Shown: piece after piece, positions 20,615 through 30,238 of the stretch
How the letters are laid out: every line of letters begins with the position of its first letter
How positions within the stretch are numbered: the stretch's first letter is position 1
Virus record (IMG/VR): IMGVR_UViG_3300020156_000447
Strand: one strand, 5' to 3'
Source: a virus
Lineage: Duplodnaviria > Caudoviricetes
DNA length: 64,000 nucleotides
Made by a program: the position numbers and the translations under genes
Notes under the pieces: generated by a model
What the model was told of the DNA's origin: nothing
The model's database searches: none
The model's input: only the letters and a program-made list of their open reading frames with translations

Positions 20615-20647
20615 ATATGAGAAGTTCACCCATGATTTGGCAACCGG
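20615..20647 (-). promoter_or_regulatory. Class II promoter for capsid gene
   Basis: CCGG-TTGCCA(20643-20638)-18 nt-CATAT(20619-20615). Confidence 0.65.
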
Positions 20648-20653
20648 AGTTAT

Positions 20654-20692
20654 AAAAAAGTAACCCCCGAACGCAATTAACGTTCGGGGGTT
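20654..20692 (-). terminator. Intrinsic terminator after scaffold gene
   Basis: 12-bp stem AACCCCCGAACG/CGTTCGGGGGTT then ACTTTTTT on the minus strand. Confidence 0.8.
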
Positions 20693-20713
20693 GAGTTGGT
20701 GATCGAGGCGAAG

Positions 20714-21979
20714 TTAATCGGCTGCGCCCTGGGACAGTTGCTGCTTATACAGCTCCTCAAGAGCGGTCGAGGCGTCCACGTGAACTGACGCTTTCGATAC
20801 TGCCGTTGTCGGACGAACATGCTCGCCGCCGGGCCGGGGGTCTTCAGCGCGTCGAATCGCTTCGAGTTCCGCCTTCAGTTTGTCCCGTTCTTCCGTAATG
20901 GTCTTGAGCGCGGTGTCCTTCTCCTTGGTGACTTTGTCGAGCTGGGCCAGCACGCCGTCGAGTTCACCTTTGAATTTATAGGCGAGCGCGGTGCCAACTG
21001 CGAGTTCCGCGTGACGCGCGGGAGAGCGGTCGGACAAAAACTCCTTCATCCGCGCCTGGGTCTGCTGTGCCAGGGTGTTCGCGGCTTCGATCTCGGCGCG
21101 CTGCTCGGGCGTGGCGTTGGCCGGGACCTGCTTCAGAGCGGTCCAGGGGAGGTTCGCAAGGAACTTGTTGGCCGTCTCAGTCAGGGTCTTGACCTCGCGC
21201 TCAGTCCGTTCCTTCATAAAACCCTGAGCGTTTGCTTTCGCCTTCTCCAGAGCCAACGCTTTCTCGTCCGAAAGTTTGACGTTCTCGACGAGGGTCGCCT
21301 CGACGAACCGACGCATGGCGACCGGCAGCTTCGGCAAAATCGGGTCCCAGTCGAGCTGGTCAAAACCGATTTCCTTCATGCGCTTGACTTGCTCCGCGCT
21401 GATGCCTGCGCCTTCGAGCTTTTTCCAGACGGCTTCGACGTTGTTTGCCACCTTGGTGTCGAATTCCTTGAAGGTCGGGTCGCTGGTAACGTCGTGCGAC
21501 AGGCGGAACTTCCGCAGCTCTTCGAGTTCGGTTTTGACCTCTTCGGGCACAACGCCGACTTTGCCGCGGAGGTCGTTCAATTCCTGCTCCAGCTTTGCGC
21601 GGGTGCCGGTTGTCTCTTCGAGCTGCTTGCGCAGATTCGCCTGGGCTTCCTTCGCCGCCTTCTTCAGCGTCTCAAAAGCCTCGGCCGACTTGGGCTTTGT
21701 GTGGGGCGGGAGCTGGATGGCGTCCAGAGGGTCCGCTTCGGGTGCGGGAGTGTTCTCCGCGCCCGGCTTCGGGGCTTCAGCCGCGGGAGTTGCAGCGGCC
21801 GCTGGCTTTGCGTCGGGCTTGGGTGTGATGGTTTCGTCCGCCCCAGGAGTTTCTCCTGCGTCGGGGGTTTGACCCGTCTCCGCTGCCGCCAGAGAATCGA
21901 GGGCAGACATCGTGTCCGCCGAGGCTTCAGGAGTCAGATCGGTCGACTCGGCTTTGGCTCGTAATTCGAGTTCGTCCAT
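20714..21979 (-). CDS. Capsid scaffolding protein
   Basis: Acidic, Pro/Ala-rich N-terminus and coiled coils; between portal and capsid genes. Confidence 0.65.
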   Translation of the reverse strand: MDELELRAKAESTDLTPEASADTMSALDSLAAAETGQTPDAGETPGADETITPKPDAKPAAAATPAAEAPKPGAENTPAPEADPLDAIQLPPHTKPKSAEAFETLKKAAKEAQANLRKQLEETTGTRAKLEQELNDLRGKVGVVPEEVKTELEELRKFRLSHDVTSDPTFKEFDTKVANNVEAVWKKLEGAGISAEQVKRMKEIGFDQLDWDPILPKLPVAMRRFVEATLVENVKLSDEKALALEKAKANAQGFMKERTEREVKTLTETANKFLANLPWTALKQVPANATPEQRAEIEAANTLAQQTQARMKEFLSDRSPARHAELAVGTALAYKFKGELDGVLAQLDKVTKEKDTALKTITEERDKLKAELEAIRRAEDPRPGGEHVRPTTAVSKASVHVDASTALEELYKQQLSQGAAD

Positions 21980-21981
21980 GT

Positions 21982-22335
21982 TTATTGCTTGGGCTCAGTC
22001 CACTTAGAGTCGTCGTCTAAGGAGGGGTAGTGTTCAGTTTCTGGGCTCTCCTCGACCGGAGGAGTGGCCAACGACAAAATCGTGTTATACGCACGCTCAA
22101 AACCGACAGCCTCTGCGGCCGCGAGTGCCACCTGGTTGACGTCCGAAGAGGCCGAAACCAACGGCGGCCGGTGATCGGCGAGCTGAAGCAAAAACTGCCG
22201 TCCGACAGGCGTGCTCAGGAACTGCTTGAGCAGCTCCGAGGACGATTTGTTCCAAGGGGCTAAGCCCGGGCTCACCGGGAGTGCCCGGCGGCGGGATTCT
22301 TGGAAATACGCGAGGAGGTGTTTGAAGAACTTCAT
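21982..22335 (-). CDS. Hypothetical protein between portal and scaffold
   Basis: Coupled ORF in a conserved-type position. Confidence 0.55.
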   Translation of the reverse strand: MKFFKHLLAYFQESRRRALPVSPGLAPWNKSSSELLKQFLSTPVGRQFLLQLADHRPPLVSASSDVNQVALAAAEAVGFERAYNTILSLATPPVEESPETEHYPSLDDDSKWTEPKQ

Positions 22336-24341
22336 GCTACTGGTTGTTCAATGGGGGCGGTGGCCGCGGCTTCCTGCTCGATTTGCGCGAGTTGACCAAT
22401 CGCCTGCGAAAGTTTTTGAATCCATGCCTGGAATTCCTCCAACCCTTGCATTTTCCCAGCTTGGGCCGCCTCAAAATGCGCCATTGCGTGCTGCGCAAGT
22501 GACTGCATCGTTGGAAGCACCTGAGGATTGTCCACGGCCATCTCCAGCATGCCGTTTACGACGTCGCGAACGACCGCCATATGCACGAGGTGGTTGTCCC
22601 GAGGCGAAATCGGCACTTCGTGGCCGTTTTGCAGCAACAGCAGCTCAAGTTTCTGCAGCCGCACGTTTTCCGCCTCTTCGGTGGGGTCGTTTTGCGGCAA
22701 AAGCAGTTTGTCAGCAAACTCCGCGCTGACTTTCGCGGTGAGGCTGCGCTTTTCCAGCTCGTATTGGTTGTAGAGCGGGTTCCCGCGGCCCTCCTGGGCG
22801 ATGAGTGCGATCTGCTGGCGCTCCGCTTCCGAGTAATCGTTGACTGCAGACACCGCGGGCTGGGTTGAGATGTAGGCCAGCTCCTCCTGCGTGAGCCGAG
22901 TGAGCAAACGAGCCTGCAATTCCTTTGCGTCGTCGTCCAAGGTGCGCGGGTCGCACGCCCGGCGCTGCACGGTCGACATCATTCGGGAAAACTGAGTGAG
23001 AAATCGCTCGATAATGGCGTCGCGGCGCTCCTCCTCGCGTGATGCGAGTAACTCGACCTGCGCTTTGGTCACACGCTCGCCCTCAATCACTTTGGGGGAC
23101 GTGGAACCGGCGACCTGGTCAAGGATGTCTGTCAGAAAACTGTCGAGAGCGAAGAACGATTCAACGCCGCCGTCGATTTTTGCCTGCTGGACGTTGTAAC
23201 CGGTCGCAATGAGGATCGCGTTGCCGACTACCGACATGCGGAACCGCTTGATGAACTTCTCATCGCACTGCAGAACGAGCTTTCCACTGAGCTGCAGCCG
23301 GTCGACAACTTCATTCCGCGCGCGGTCGAGCACTCCGGCCATGGCGTAGAGTTCGCGGCCGATTCCTTTGCTGCCATGAATGTTCCCGTTGCCGTGCTGG
23401 AACGAGTAGAACGACACCGCGTCGCTCATGCGGTCGTATTTCTTGGACTTCCAGAAAAGTTGCTTCTTGCTGTTGGCATCGAAGGCAACGTGAGTGATGC
23501 GCCCGTCGACTTCAGACACCAAAACGTGCCATGCGTTGATCGTTGTCGCGCCTGTAAAGGAGGAGAGGACGGAAGACTCGCGCGCCAGGTCCGCATAAAC
23601 CCGTTCAACATCGGTTTCGGTGCTGCGCCGGTTGTCCGGCGTGGCCTCGTTTATCGATTTGATGACTTCGGGAACGTTCCAGCCAGCCGCCTTGGCCGCT
23701 TCAGGATCGCGGACCAGGTCAAACAACTCGTGAAGGAGGTAGGACTTCTTCAGACAAACGATCGGAGCGGTTTTTGCCGAATGTTTGGTGCCTTGGGGCA
23801 CGAGAAAGCAGTCCTGGCGATAATGTTCGGGAAACCACGACCAGGTTGTCAGCCATCCGACAGCAGTGTAGCCGAATAAAACGTCCTCGTGCGCGATTTC
23901 AGAAAGAAATTCATCCCAACCTTCGCGCCCGCGGCAGAATTCAGTAATCTCGCGGCGGAAAAACTCGGTCTTCTCGGCGGCCTGGGGGAAGCGGTCAGGT
24001 AACTTCGACGCGGTGAGATACCGGACGTTGCGCAGGGCGGTCGTGAAACGTGGCACGACCTTGTCGATCAAGCTCGCGAGCGGCTTTGTGGTGAAGTTGG
24101 ACTTCCAGTCGAGGCCGTCCGACTTCAATTTCGCCGGGTTGAAGGGCCGCTCGGCGTTATACTTCTCCTGGATGCGGGCGTTTTTCTTCGAACGCTCGTC
24201 GTTTTCTGCGACGAGACTGTTCACGAGGGCGACCGCCTGCTCGATATTGATGATAGCCGGGGTGTGATCCATCCCCCCAAGCTGCAAATCGGGTGAGTTA
24301 GTCGAGGCTACCCCGTTATTATGAGTTTTCGTTTCCTCCAC
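22332..24341 (-). CDS. Portal protein
   Basis: 669 aa, helical, downstream of terL, Gln-rich tail; GTG start 7 nt after a class II -10 element. Confidence 0.75.
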   Translation of the reverse strand: MEETKTHNNGVASTNSPDLQLGGMDHTPAIINIEQAVALVNSLVAENDERSKKNARIQEKYNAERPFNPAKLKSDGLDWKSNFTTKPLASLIDKVVPRFTTALRNVRYLTASKLPDRFPQAAEKTEFFRREITEFCRGREGWDEFLSEIAHEDVLFGYTAVGWLTTWSWFPEHYRQDCFLVPQGTKHSAKTAPIVCLKKSYLLHELFDLVRDPEAAKAAGWNVPEVIKSINEATPDNRRSTETDVERVYADLARESSVLSSFTGATTINAWHVLVSEVDGRITHVAFDANSKKQLFWKSKKYDRMSDAVSFYSFQHGNGNIHGSKGIGRELYAMAGVLDRARNEVVDRLQLSGKLVLQCDEKFIKRFRMSVVGNAILIATGYNVQQAKIDGGVESFFALDSFLTDILDQVAGSTSPKVIEGERVTKAQVELLASREEERRDAIIERFLTQFSRMMSTVQRRACDPRTLDDDAKELQARLLTRLTQEELAYISTQPAVSAVNDYSEAERQQIALIAQEGRGNPLYNQYELEKRSLTAKVSAEFADKLLLPQNDPTEEAENVRLQKLELLLLQNGHEVPISPRDNHLVHMAVVRDVVNGMLEMAVDNPQVLPTMQSLAQHAMAHFEAAQAGKMQGLEEFQAWIQKLSQAIGQLAQIEQEAAATAPIEQPVA

Positions 24342-24348
24342 AAAGATG

Positions 24349-24380
24349 ACTTGAGAAAATTAGTGGGCTGCGTCAACTGG
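24349..24380 (-). promoter_or_regulatory. Class II promoter, leaderless portal mRNA
   Basis: CCAG-TTGACG(24376-24371)-17 nt-CAAGT(24353-24349). Confidence 0.55.
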
Positions 24381-24630
24381 TTTTCAAAAATTCGCGCTTC
24401 CAAAGACCTCGCGGGCAACTCTCGGTCGCGAAATTGGCCTTCAGGGAGACAAAACAACTGCAATGGCGGCACTGGTTGAAGCGCGCGTCGTAACACGTGT
24501 CCTGCTCCTGGCACTTTTGGACTCTCGCCACGACGACGTCATTCGTGACACGCAGGGGCTGCCCTCGCCACGCAGCGCGCAGCGCTCGACCGACCGCCCT
24601 CAGAAACGTGACTGGATTCGGGACTGTCAT
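24373..24630 (-). CDS. Small Cys-rich zinc-binding protein (DUF6171-like)
   Basis: RVQKCQEQDTC...CRHCSCFVSLKA...SCPRGLW. Confidence 0.6.
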   Translation of the reverse strand: MTVPNPVTFLRAVGRALRAAWRGQPLRVTNDVVVARVQKCQEQDTCYDARFNQCRHCSCFVSLKANFATESCPRGLWKREFLKTS

Positions 24631-24633
24631 AAC

Positions 24634-25227
24634 TCAAAGCTTCTGGGTGTTAGAGGGGCTGTCCTGAGCATCTCCGCGCCAACACTTGGCTGGCACTCCG
24701 CTCAGGAGCAGGCCCTCTGACAACCAGACTGCAACTGACAAATCATCGCCTGCGTTTAAACAGGCTCGACCTTCCAACGCTGCAACCGGCTTGGCTGGGT
24801 GTGTAAGCCCGGCCAAAAGTTTCGCCGTGAGCTTACCGCACGGGCGGCAAGGTGAAGTCCATTCGACGTTCAAAGGGCACTGGTCACAGATCGCGACCCG
24901 TCGATTCACCTCTTCCTGGGAAGAAATGGTAGCAGGCCCCTCTCCTGAGCGCTCATGCACCCACTTGGAGATCGATCCCATCACCCGAGTCCACACCACC
25001 CGCCGCTGTAACTCCGCCTCGTCCGGCACGCAGAGATCAGGGAACCGACCGCACAGGTAATCCATCACCTCGCGGTGCGGATCACCTGGCGGCCTGCCAA
25101 CCCTCACCCGATATTCCCCGAGGTGTTTGACCAGTTGTTCCAGGGACTGTCCGAAGTGCTCCACCCCGTCCGCATCCACAAAGCGGTAACCCTCGGGCGG
25201 GAAGAGATTCGGATTCAACGTCATCAT
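24634..25227 (-). CDS. Cys-rich protein between terL and portal
   Basis: RVAICDQCPLN, CRPCG, ACLNAG, PAKCW; start at ATG 25227 or 25224 just after promoter. Confidence 0.6.
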   Translation of the reverse strand: MMTLNPNLFPPEGYRFVDADGVEHFGQSLEQLVKHLGEYRVRVGRPPGDPHREVMDYLCGRFPDLCVPDEAELQRRVVWTRVMGSISKWVHERSGEGPATISSQEEVNRRVAICDQCPLNVEWTSPCRPCGKLTAKLLAGLTHPAKPVAALEGRACLNAGDDLSVAVWLSEGLLLSGVPAKCWRGDAQDSPSNTQKL

Positions 25228-25232
25228 ATTCG

Positions 25233-25264
25233 ATATGTTAACTGGAGGGAGAAACGTCAACCGG
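25233..25264 (-). promoter_or_regulatory. Class II promoter
   Basis: CCGG-TTGACG(25260-25255)-17 nt-CATAT(25237-25233). Confidence 0.65.
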
Positions 25265-25277
25265 AGTTGGAAAAAAC

Positions 25278-27143
25278 TTAGTCGAGGTCGTCGAAACGAT
25301 TCGACTCGCAGCAGATTACGGGGATCGGCTCCTCGTGCTGCCCTTGGCCAGTTACCACGGTGCCTGCGCAGTCGTCGGCCGCGGACGGAATTACTCCGCT
25401 CGCCGTGCGCGCAGCGTGGACGAGCAGCGTCAGCGCGTCGGCCTTGTTCGGCGACGGATTGCCGCGGCTCTTGTAGTCGACCTTCGACTCAACGCGCGTC
25501 AGTTTGGCCGCGTCGTAACGCCGACCGGTGAGCTCCCGAGCCAGCTCTTCGCTCATGGCCTCAGGCTTCACCTTGAGGAATTCAAACTCCGACCACTTCT
25601 TGGCAGCAAACCACAGCTCAGAGACCACGCGCTCGTATTCCTCCTTCGCGGTCTTCGTGTCCTCTTCCAGGATTTTCTTCTCTGTCGCGCTCTCCTGGTA
25701 GTTCACGCCGCGGACTTCTTCAGACCAGAGCGACTTGAGCAGATCGTGAACACCCGCGCCGTTGCCGGTGCGGTCGAGCATGAGGCAGCCAGGCGCGACC
25801 TTGAACTTCTGCGCCTTCTCTTTGACCTCCATGGCAACCTTGACCGTGTCGCCTTTTGCGAGCGGAAAAATCTGGTCGAGCTGCAGAGCCCAGCGCATGC
25901 GTGGCTTGCCGAGTGCATCGCGAAAGAGAACCTCGCGCCCGTTCGGGTGCTCGAAGCTCGGCGCGTAACGGATGCCAATCGCCTTGCCGAAACGACCGAC
26001 CGCCATTTCCGCGGTGTCGGAGCCTTCGAGCGCGCTGTCGACCGAAGCCACATTCATCGGCTCTTCGGCAAACATGAACTCGCCGCGCATCTTCGTCGCG
26101 AGCGTTGTGGAAAAAACTGAGTAGATTGCGCCGCCCCGCGGGAAGCATGCGCGGGCCATGGTCCAATACCCGGGTGTGTCAACTCCACCCGCATTACTGA
26201 TGATGCGGTCGAAGCCGATGCGCGTCTGCAAGCCGGGGTAAATCACCCGGTTCTCCACTACGTTCTCGCACTTCGCCGCGTCCAGGCGCAGCACGCGCCA
26301 GCCACGCTTGCTTGTCCAGAGTTCGTCGGACTCCGGGTTGAAAGCTTCCCAGCCTTGAGGCGGCTCGCACCGCAGCGCCACCTGGCCGCTCGGGTCTTCG
26401 GGGTTGAACGCGCCCGCGATTTTGAACCGGCCCGCTTCGCCGTCCATGTTCGCAAAAATGTTGTCGATGTCCTTCCAGACGCCGACAGGGATTTTCTCCA
26501 ACTCGTCCAGAAAGAAACGGATGCGCGACATCCGGCCGAAGATTGGGTGCGGCTTTTTGCGCGGCACCGCTTTGCGACCTTGGAGGCGGCCGGACTTTTT
26601 GCCGGTCGGAATGATGATGCCGCGGATTGCCGACTTCTTGGCGCGCGGGTCCAAGCCGATAAAGAGGTCGCCAATCACGCCCGGCAACGGCAGCGTGCTG
26701 CTGCGGTGCATCGTGACCAAGTGCGTGAAAAGGTTGTCCTTGAGGTGGTCCTCGCTCGGGCCGACGACGTTGACGCTCGTGTATTCCGGATCACGCACCC
26801 AATCGAGCAGGAACCACGCGCCCGCGCCGTAGGACTTCGACATCGAGGCCGCGCCCATGAGCATTAACGAGTCACTCTCCTTCAACTCGTTCCACACCAT
26901 ACGCGTGCAACGGGGCTTGGCCGTGAAGAGTGTCTCACCCCAAATGAGCTGCGCTGCGTAGTCGTAGCGGTCGTTGTTCAGGCACCAGTAGAAAAGTGAG
27001 TTGCACAGTTCGAGCGCGATTTTGTTGTTGTCCACGCGCTTTGCCGGGATGCCTGAGAATTCCGCAATGGCGCGCGCAGCGTCGACCATCTGCTCTGCGT
27101 GCAGGTGGCCGGAGGCGATGTTGACTAAGTCCTGGCGTGTCAC
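25278..27143 (-). CDS. terL: Terminase large subunit
   Basis: Walker A variant GAASMSKS, Walker B RFFLDE, nuclease motifs VASVDSALEGSD, LMLDRTGNG, SPNKADA. Confidence 0.9.
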   Translation of the reverse strand: MTRQDLVNIASGHLHAEQMVDAARAIAEFSGIPAKRVDNNKIALELCNSLFYWCLNNDRYDYAAQLIWGETLFTAKPRCTRMVWNELKESDSLMLMGAASMSKSYGAGAWFLLDWVRDPEYTSVNVVGPSEDHLKDNLFTHLVTMHRSSTLPLPGVIGDLFIGLDPRAKKSAIRGIIIPTGKKSGRLQGRKAVPRKKPHPIFGRMSRIRFFLDELEKIPVGVWKDIDNIFANMDGEAGRFKIAGAFNPEDPSGQVALRCEPPQGWEAFNPESDELWTSKRGWRVLRLDAAKCENVVENRVIYPGLQTRIGFDRIISNAGGVDTPGYWTMARACFPRGGAIYSVFSTTLATKMRGEFMFAEEPMNVASVDSALEGSDTAEMAVGRFGKAIGIRYAPSFEHPNGREVLFRDALGKPRMRWALQLDQIFPLAKGDTVKVAMEVKEKAQKFKVAPGCLMLDRTGNGAGVHDLLKSLWSEEVRGVNYQESATEKKILEEDTKTAKEEYERVVSELWFAAKKWSEFEFLKVKPEAMSEELARELTGRRYDAAKLTRVESKVDYKSRGNPSPNKADALTLLVHAARTASGVIPSAADDCAGTVVTGQGQHEEPIPVICCESNRFDDLD

Positions 27144-27340
27144 TTTTCCCCCAGGATATGGACGGTGCGATAGTCGCCGGAGATGTCCAACGTGCCGAAA
27201 GGCGAGGTGAGCTTCAGCCCGTCAGGCGGGACGTGGACGCTCACTGGCTCGTCCTTCGCAACGCGGCTGAACATGCTGCAAAGCGGGCAGAAGCCGTTCG
27301 AGGTGTTGAGCGGATCGCCGCAGATCGTGCAAAAGTTCAT
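27140..27340 (-). CDS. Small zinc-ribbon protein
   Basis: CTICG...FCPLC; coupled to terL. Confidence 0.55.
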   Translation of the reverse strand: MNFCTICGDPLNTSNGFCPLCSMFSRVAKDEPVSVHVPPDGLKLTSPFGTLDISGDYRTVHILGEK

Positions 27341-27711
27341 GCCGGGAGAAAGGGTTTCATCTTTAAAGGCACGACTTCGCCTTCAACGGCTGCAATACTT
27401 CCCTCTTTCATGCTGACCAGAATTGGCCACAGCCCGCCCTCGCGTTGCTTGTGCTCGCACGCGGCACAAATGAGCGTGGAAAGGTTAGAGAAAACCTCCT
27501 GCGGGTCTTTGCCGGTCACCAAAACGCGGGCGGAGAAAATAGGGGGCTCTTCCTCCCAACACGCTTCATCCTCTTCCTGGTTACGCGGGTTACCGGGATG
27601 CGTGCAGCTATTGCAAGGCGGACTCAAGTGGCAGGAACAATTTCCTTCTCCGTAAAGCCCGGTAAAATCGTCGCGCTCGATTTGCGCCTCTTTCGTCAAA
27701 CGCTTACTCAT
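27337..27711 (-). CDS. Hypothetical Cys-rich protein
   Basis: ATG 27711; CSCHLSPPCNSC motif. Confidence 0.55.
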   Translation of the reverse strand: MSKRLTKEAQIERDDFTGLYGEGNCSCHLSPPCNSCTHPGNPRNQEEDEACWEEEPPIFSARVLVTGKDPQEVFSNLSTLICAACEHKQREGGLWPILVSMKEGSIAAVEGEVVPLKMKPFLPA

Positions 27712-28067
27712 ACCAAATACCCCATGTCTTCCGCAGTTACCCAGACAAACTCCTGGCCCATCCTCTTGGCCGTTCGGCACAGCGTTAGGACTTTGTTTGC
27801 GACGTCGCGGTTGCCCCAACCGCGGACCGAAGCCCGAGAAAAGCCACTGCGCTCGCTGGCCTCACGTTTCCAAAACTCTCCCCACGTTTCCTCCGGCAAC
27901 CAAGGCCCGAACCAGCCGAATTTCCGTCGTCGCGGAAGGCGCGATTCCTCGAACGTCTCGCGATCCTCTTGTTCGCGCTGCCGCTTCACCGCGTCGAGAA
28001 CCGTCTCGCACATCATAATCACGGCCTCGACAGGGAGCTTCGTATGGGACTTGGAATCGTGATTCAT
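27708..28067 (-). CDS. Hypothetical protein
   Basis: ATGA-coupled ORF. Confidence 0.55.
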   Translation of the reverse strand: MNHDSKSHTKLPVEAVIMMCETVLDAVKRQREQEDRETFEESRLPRRRKFGWFGPWLPEETWGEFWKREASERSGFSRASVRGWGNRDVANKVLTLCRTAKRMGQEFVWVTAEDMGYLV

Positions 28068-28459
28068 ATCTTGAGCCCCTTCAGCGGGTTGAGATAGACC
28101 TGCACACGACTTTGGTCTGGAGGCACCTGAAACTTGAGCTCTGGGTAGATCGCAGTCGAGAGAGCCACCACATCACGGGTCGTGACCGGCCATCGCTTCA
28201 AAAACCACTCCGGGGCGTGCGCCTTTTTGAGATGCTGCCACCAGGTGGTCGGCACCCGCTCGACCACGACAGGCGCAAGGTTCTCGCCAAGCACCCACAT
28301 CTCGAAAGAGACCGCAACCGTCCTCGCCATGTGGTCGATATAGGATTCGACATCAGTGGACGTGTGGCGCAGCGATTCTGGTAAGTGGACGATGAAGCGC
28401 TTGCGAATGCGGTCGAGCACGGACGGCCTGAGAAAAATGTCGCTGACGTCCGCCATCAT
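28064..28459 (-). CDS. Hypothetical protein
   Basis: Coupled ORF; VPTTWWQHLK...PEWFLKRWPV motif. Confidence 0.55.
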   Translation of the reverse strand: MMADVSDIFLRPSVLDRIRKRFIVHLPESLRHTSTDVESYIDHMARTVAVSFEMWVLGENLAPVVVERVPTTWWQHLKKAHAPEWFLKRWPVTTRDVVALSTAIYPELKFQVPPDQSRVQVYLNPLKGLKI

Positions 28460-29013
28460 ATTTTGAGTCCCTTTAGTGGGTTGCCGCGCGCCAGGATGAT
28501 CGGCGACGCTTCCTTGGGCTTCATGTCCTCAGGAAGTCCGAGGGCCACGCGGAGCCTTTCGAGAAGCTCTGCTGCCGCGGGTGGAGGTGGGCCTAGTTCC
28601 AGGAAGCCTTTGTAAACCTCCTCGGCTTCGCTGAGCGCATTCAGCGCTTGCTCGGCGACGGGAATGCCGGTGTTCGGAATAATTTGGACGGCGCGGTCGT
28701 CCCAGAACTCAGAGTAGAACCTCCGTTTGGTGGCGGTGACCGGCAGCTTCCGGCCAATGTGCTTCTCGCACCACGCCTCAATGGCAGCCAGAACGTCAGT
28801 AGGACTCACGCCGCCATCGTCGTGACCCAGATCGACGGGGGCCATGCGGGCAGTGAAAATCTCGACTTCGTATCCTTGGGCCAGCCACTGTTTGACGCGC
28901 TCAACCATCGGCTCGATTGGGCTCCCAATGCGGGTGCGTCCGCGCCAGCCGTGATACTCCGCGAGCGTTCCGTCGAGATCGACGGCGATTACTTTTCGAG
29001 GTGAGTTACTCAT
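28456..29013 (-). CDS. HAD-superfamily phosphatase-like protein
   Basis: IAVDLDGTLA, IFTAR, EFWDDRA. Confidence 0.8.
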   Translation of the reverse strand: MSNSPRKVIAVDLDGTLAEYHGWRGRTRIGSPIEPMVERVKQWLAQGYEVEIFTARMAPVDLGHDDGGVSPTDVLAAIEAWCEKHIGRKLPVTATKRRFYSEFWDDRAVQIIPNTGIPVAEQALNALSEAEEVYKGFLELGPPPPAAAELLERLRVALGLPEDMKPKEASPIILARGNPLKGLKI

Positions 29014-29504
29014 AGGGGATTATTCAATGCGTTGCTGATATTTGTTTTCAAAGGCTCCGGAATTGAGTAGGTCCGGATACGAAGCGACGGTGCGGGACAA
29101 CCGCAAGCGTGCTCAGAAGTGTTCGCGCCACAACGCACGCAGATAGGTATTTCCCACGCGCCGGGCTTAAATCCGGAAGGTGTCATCTTGCCGGGGCAAA
29201 CATACGGAGTCTCTGACGGACAAAGTTCCTTCACGGCACGCTCAGTCCGGGTCCGGTAATGCAAGAGCATGGCGACCCAAAGGAGGTTGGCCGCGAAGAT
29301 GAACAAGCCGCCGAAAAACGAGAGCCACTGACCCAGGTGCGGGTAATAGAAAAGGTTCCACCCGCCCCAGGCTGCGAAGAACGCGGTGGAGAGTGTCGAG
29401 ATACCCTTCACCTGCTTCTCGCGATAGAGCACGCGGCAGTGGTTCAGGACCATGAAGCCCGCGAGGAACTCGAAGAGGCCGTTGATTGTGTCGGGAAGGC
29501 TCAT
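29010..29504 (-). CDS. PQ-loop/SemiSWEET-like 3-TM protein with Cys-rich tail
   Basis: LYREKQVKGISTLSTAFFAAWGGWNLFYY...W; three hydrophobic helices; C-terminal CVRCG..HACGC. Confidence 0.65.
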   Translation of the reverse strand: MSLPDTINGLFEFLAGFMVLNHCRVLYREKQVKGISTLSTAFFAAWGGWNLFYYPHLGQWLSFFGGLFIFAANLLWVAMLLHYRTRTERAVKELCPSETPYVCPGKMTPSGFKPGAWEIPICVRCGANTSEHACGCPAPSLRIRTYSIPEPLKTNISNALNNPL

Positions 29505-29782
29505 CAGATCGTAAATGAAGTCCCGCAGCGAAAACAGGTGTGATGCTTAAAGTGCGCAGGCCACGCGCAGTCGCAATCCTTGTAGTCGTGCAGATAATAT
29601 TTGCAGCGGATGCGTGCGCTGAACGGGGCGAGCAGCAGGAAAAAGGTGCGCTGCGTGGGTGCCCAAGTGTGTTCTTCAACCCAATCGAACGCGGGTGTCG
29701 CCCACTGCCTTTGTCCGAGGTGCATGAGCACCCAGAGCAAAAACATAACGACAACGCGGAATGGGTAGATGAGATACTTCAT
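29504..29782 (-). CDS. Membrane protein with C-terminal Zn ribbon
   Basis: ATG 29782; hydrophobic N-terminus; CKYYLH...CFRCG. Confidence 0.5.
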   Translation of the reverse strand: MKYLIYPFRVVVMFLLWVLMHLGQRQWATPAFDWVEEHTWAPTQRTFFLLLAPFSARIRCKYYLHDYKDCDCAWPAHFKHHTCFRCGTSFTI

Positions 29783-29916
29783 CAGTAGTGGAAAAGAGGT
29801 GCGTGGCAGACTCCGTGATAGTCGCGGCGAGCGAGCCGCTGCCATTCAGCGAACCAATCGGACTTTCGCCAGTCGACTGTGTCGGCGAGCGCCACGATGA
29901 AAAGAGCGCAGATCAT
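29782..29916 (-). CDS. 44-aa hypothetical protein
   Basis: Hand-translated MICALFIVALADTVDWRKSDW...; start/stop overlaps on both sides. Confidence 0.4.
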   Translation of the reverse strand: MICALFIVALADTVDWRKSDWFAEWQRLARRDYHGVCHAPLFHY

Positions 29917-30230
29917 GCGTCAACGCGGAGGACCGGCCAGGTCAGAGGCGATTCATTGGGCTCAGGGCAGTCCTCCGGGTTACTCGCCGTGCGGCCGAGC
30001 GCGTTTGCCATCTCCCCGTTCGTGAGCAGCAGGTAATTCCGCTCGCCCCCAAAAACGACGGGCACGCGGTTGTAGACGCGGGCTGAGCCAAACTTGGGGT
30101 CTGAGTTAATGATCGTCTTACAGTGCCCGAGCACCGGCTTGCGGGTCATGCAACAGTAAACTGGCCAGAGCACGAAGAGTGCTGCTGCTCCGAAGACGGT
30201 CCCGGTAAGGAATAGGATCAAACTTGTCAT
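29913..30230 (-). CDS. Membrane-anchored hypothetical protein
   Basis: ATG 30230 after AAATTT; N-terminal TM helix. Confidence 0.5.
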   Translation of the reverse strand: MTSLILFLTGTVFGAAALFVLWPVYCCMTRKPVLGHCKTIINSDPKFGSARVYNRVPVVFGGERNYLLLTNGEMANALGRTASNPEDCPEPNESPLTWPVLRVDA

Positions 30231-30238
30231 AAATTTCA

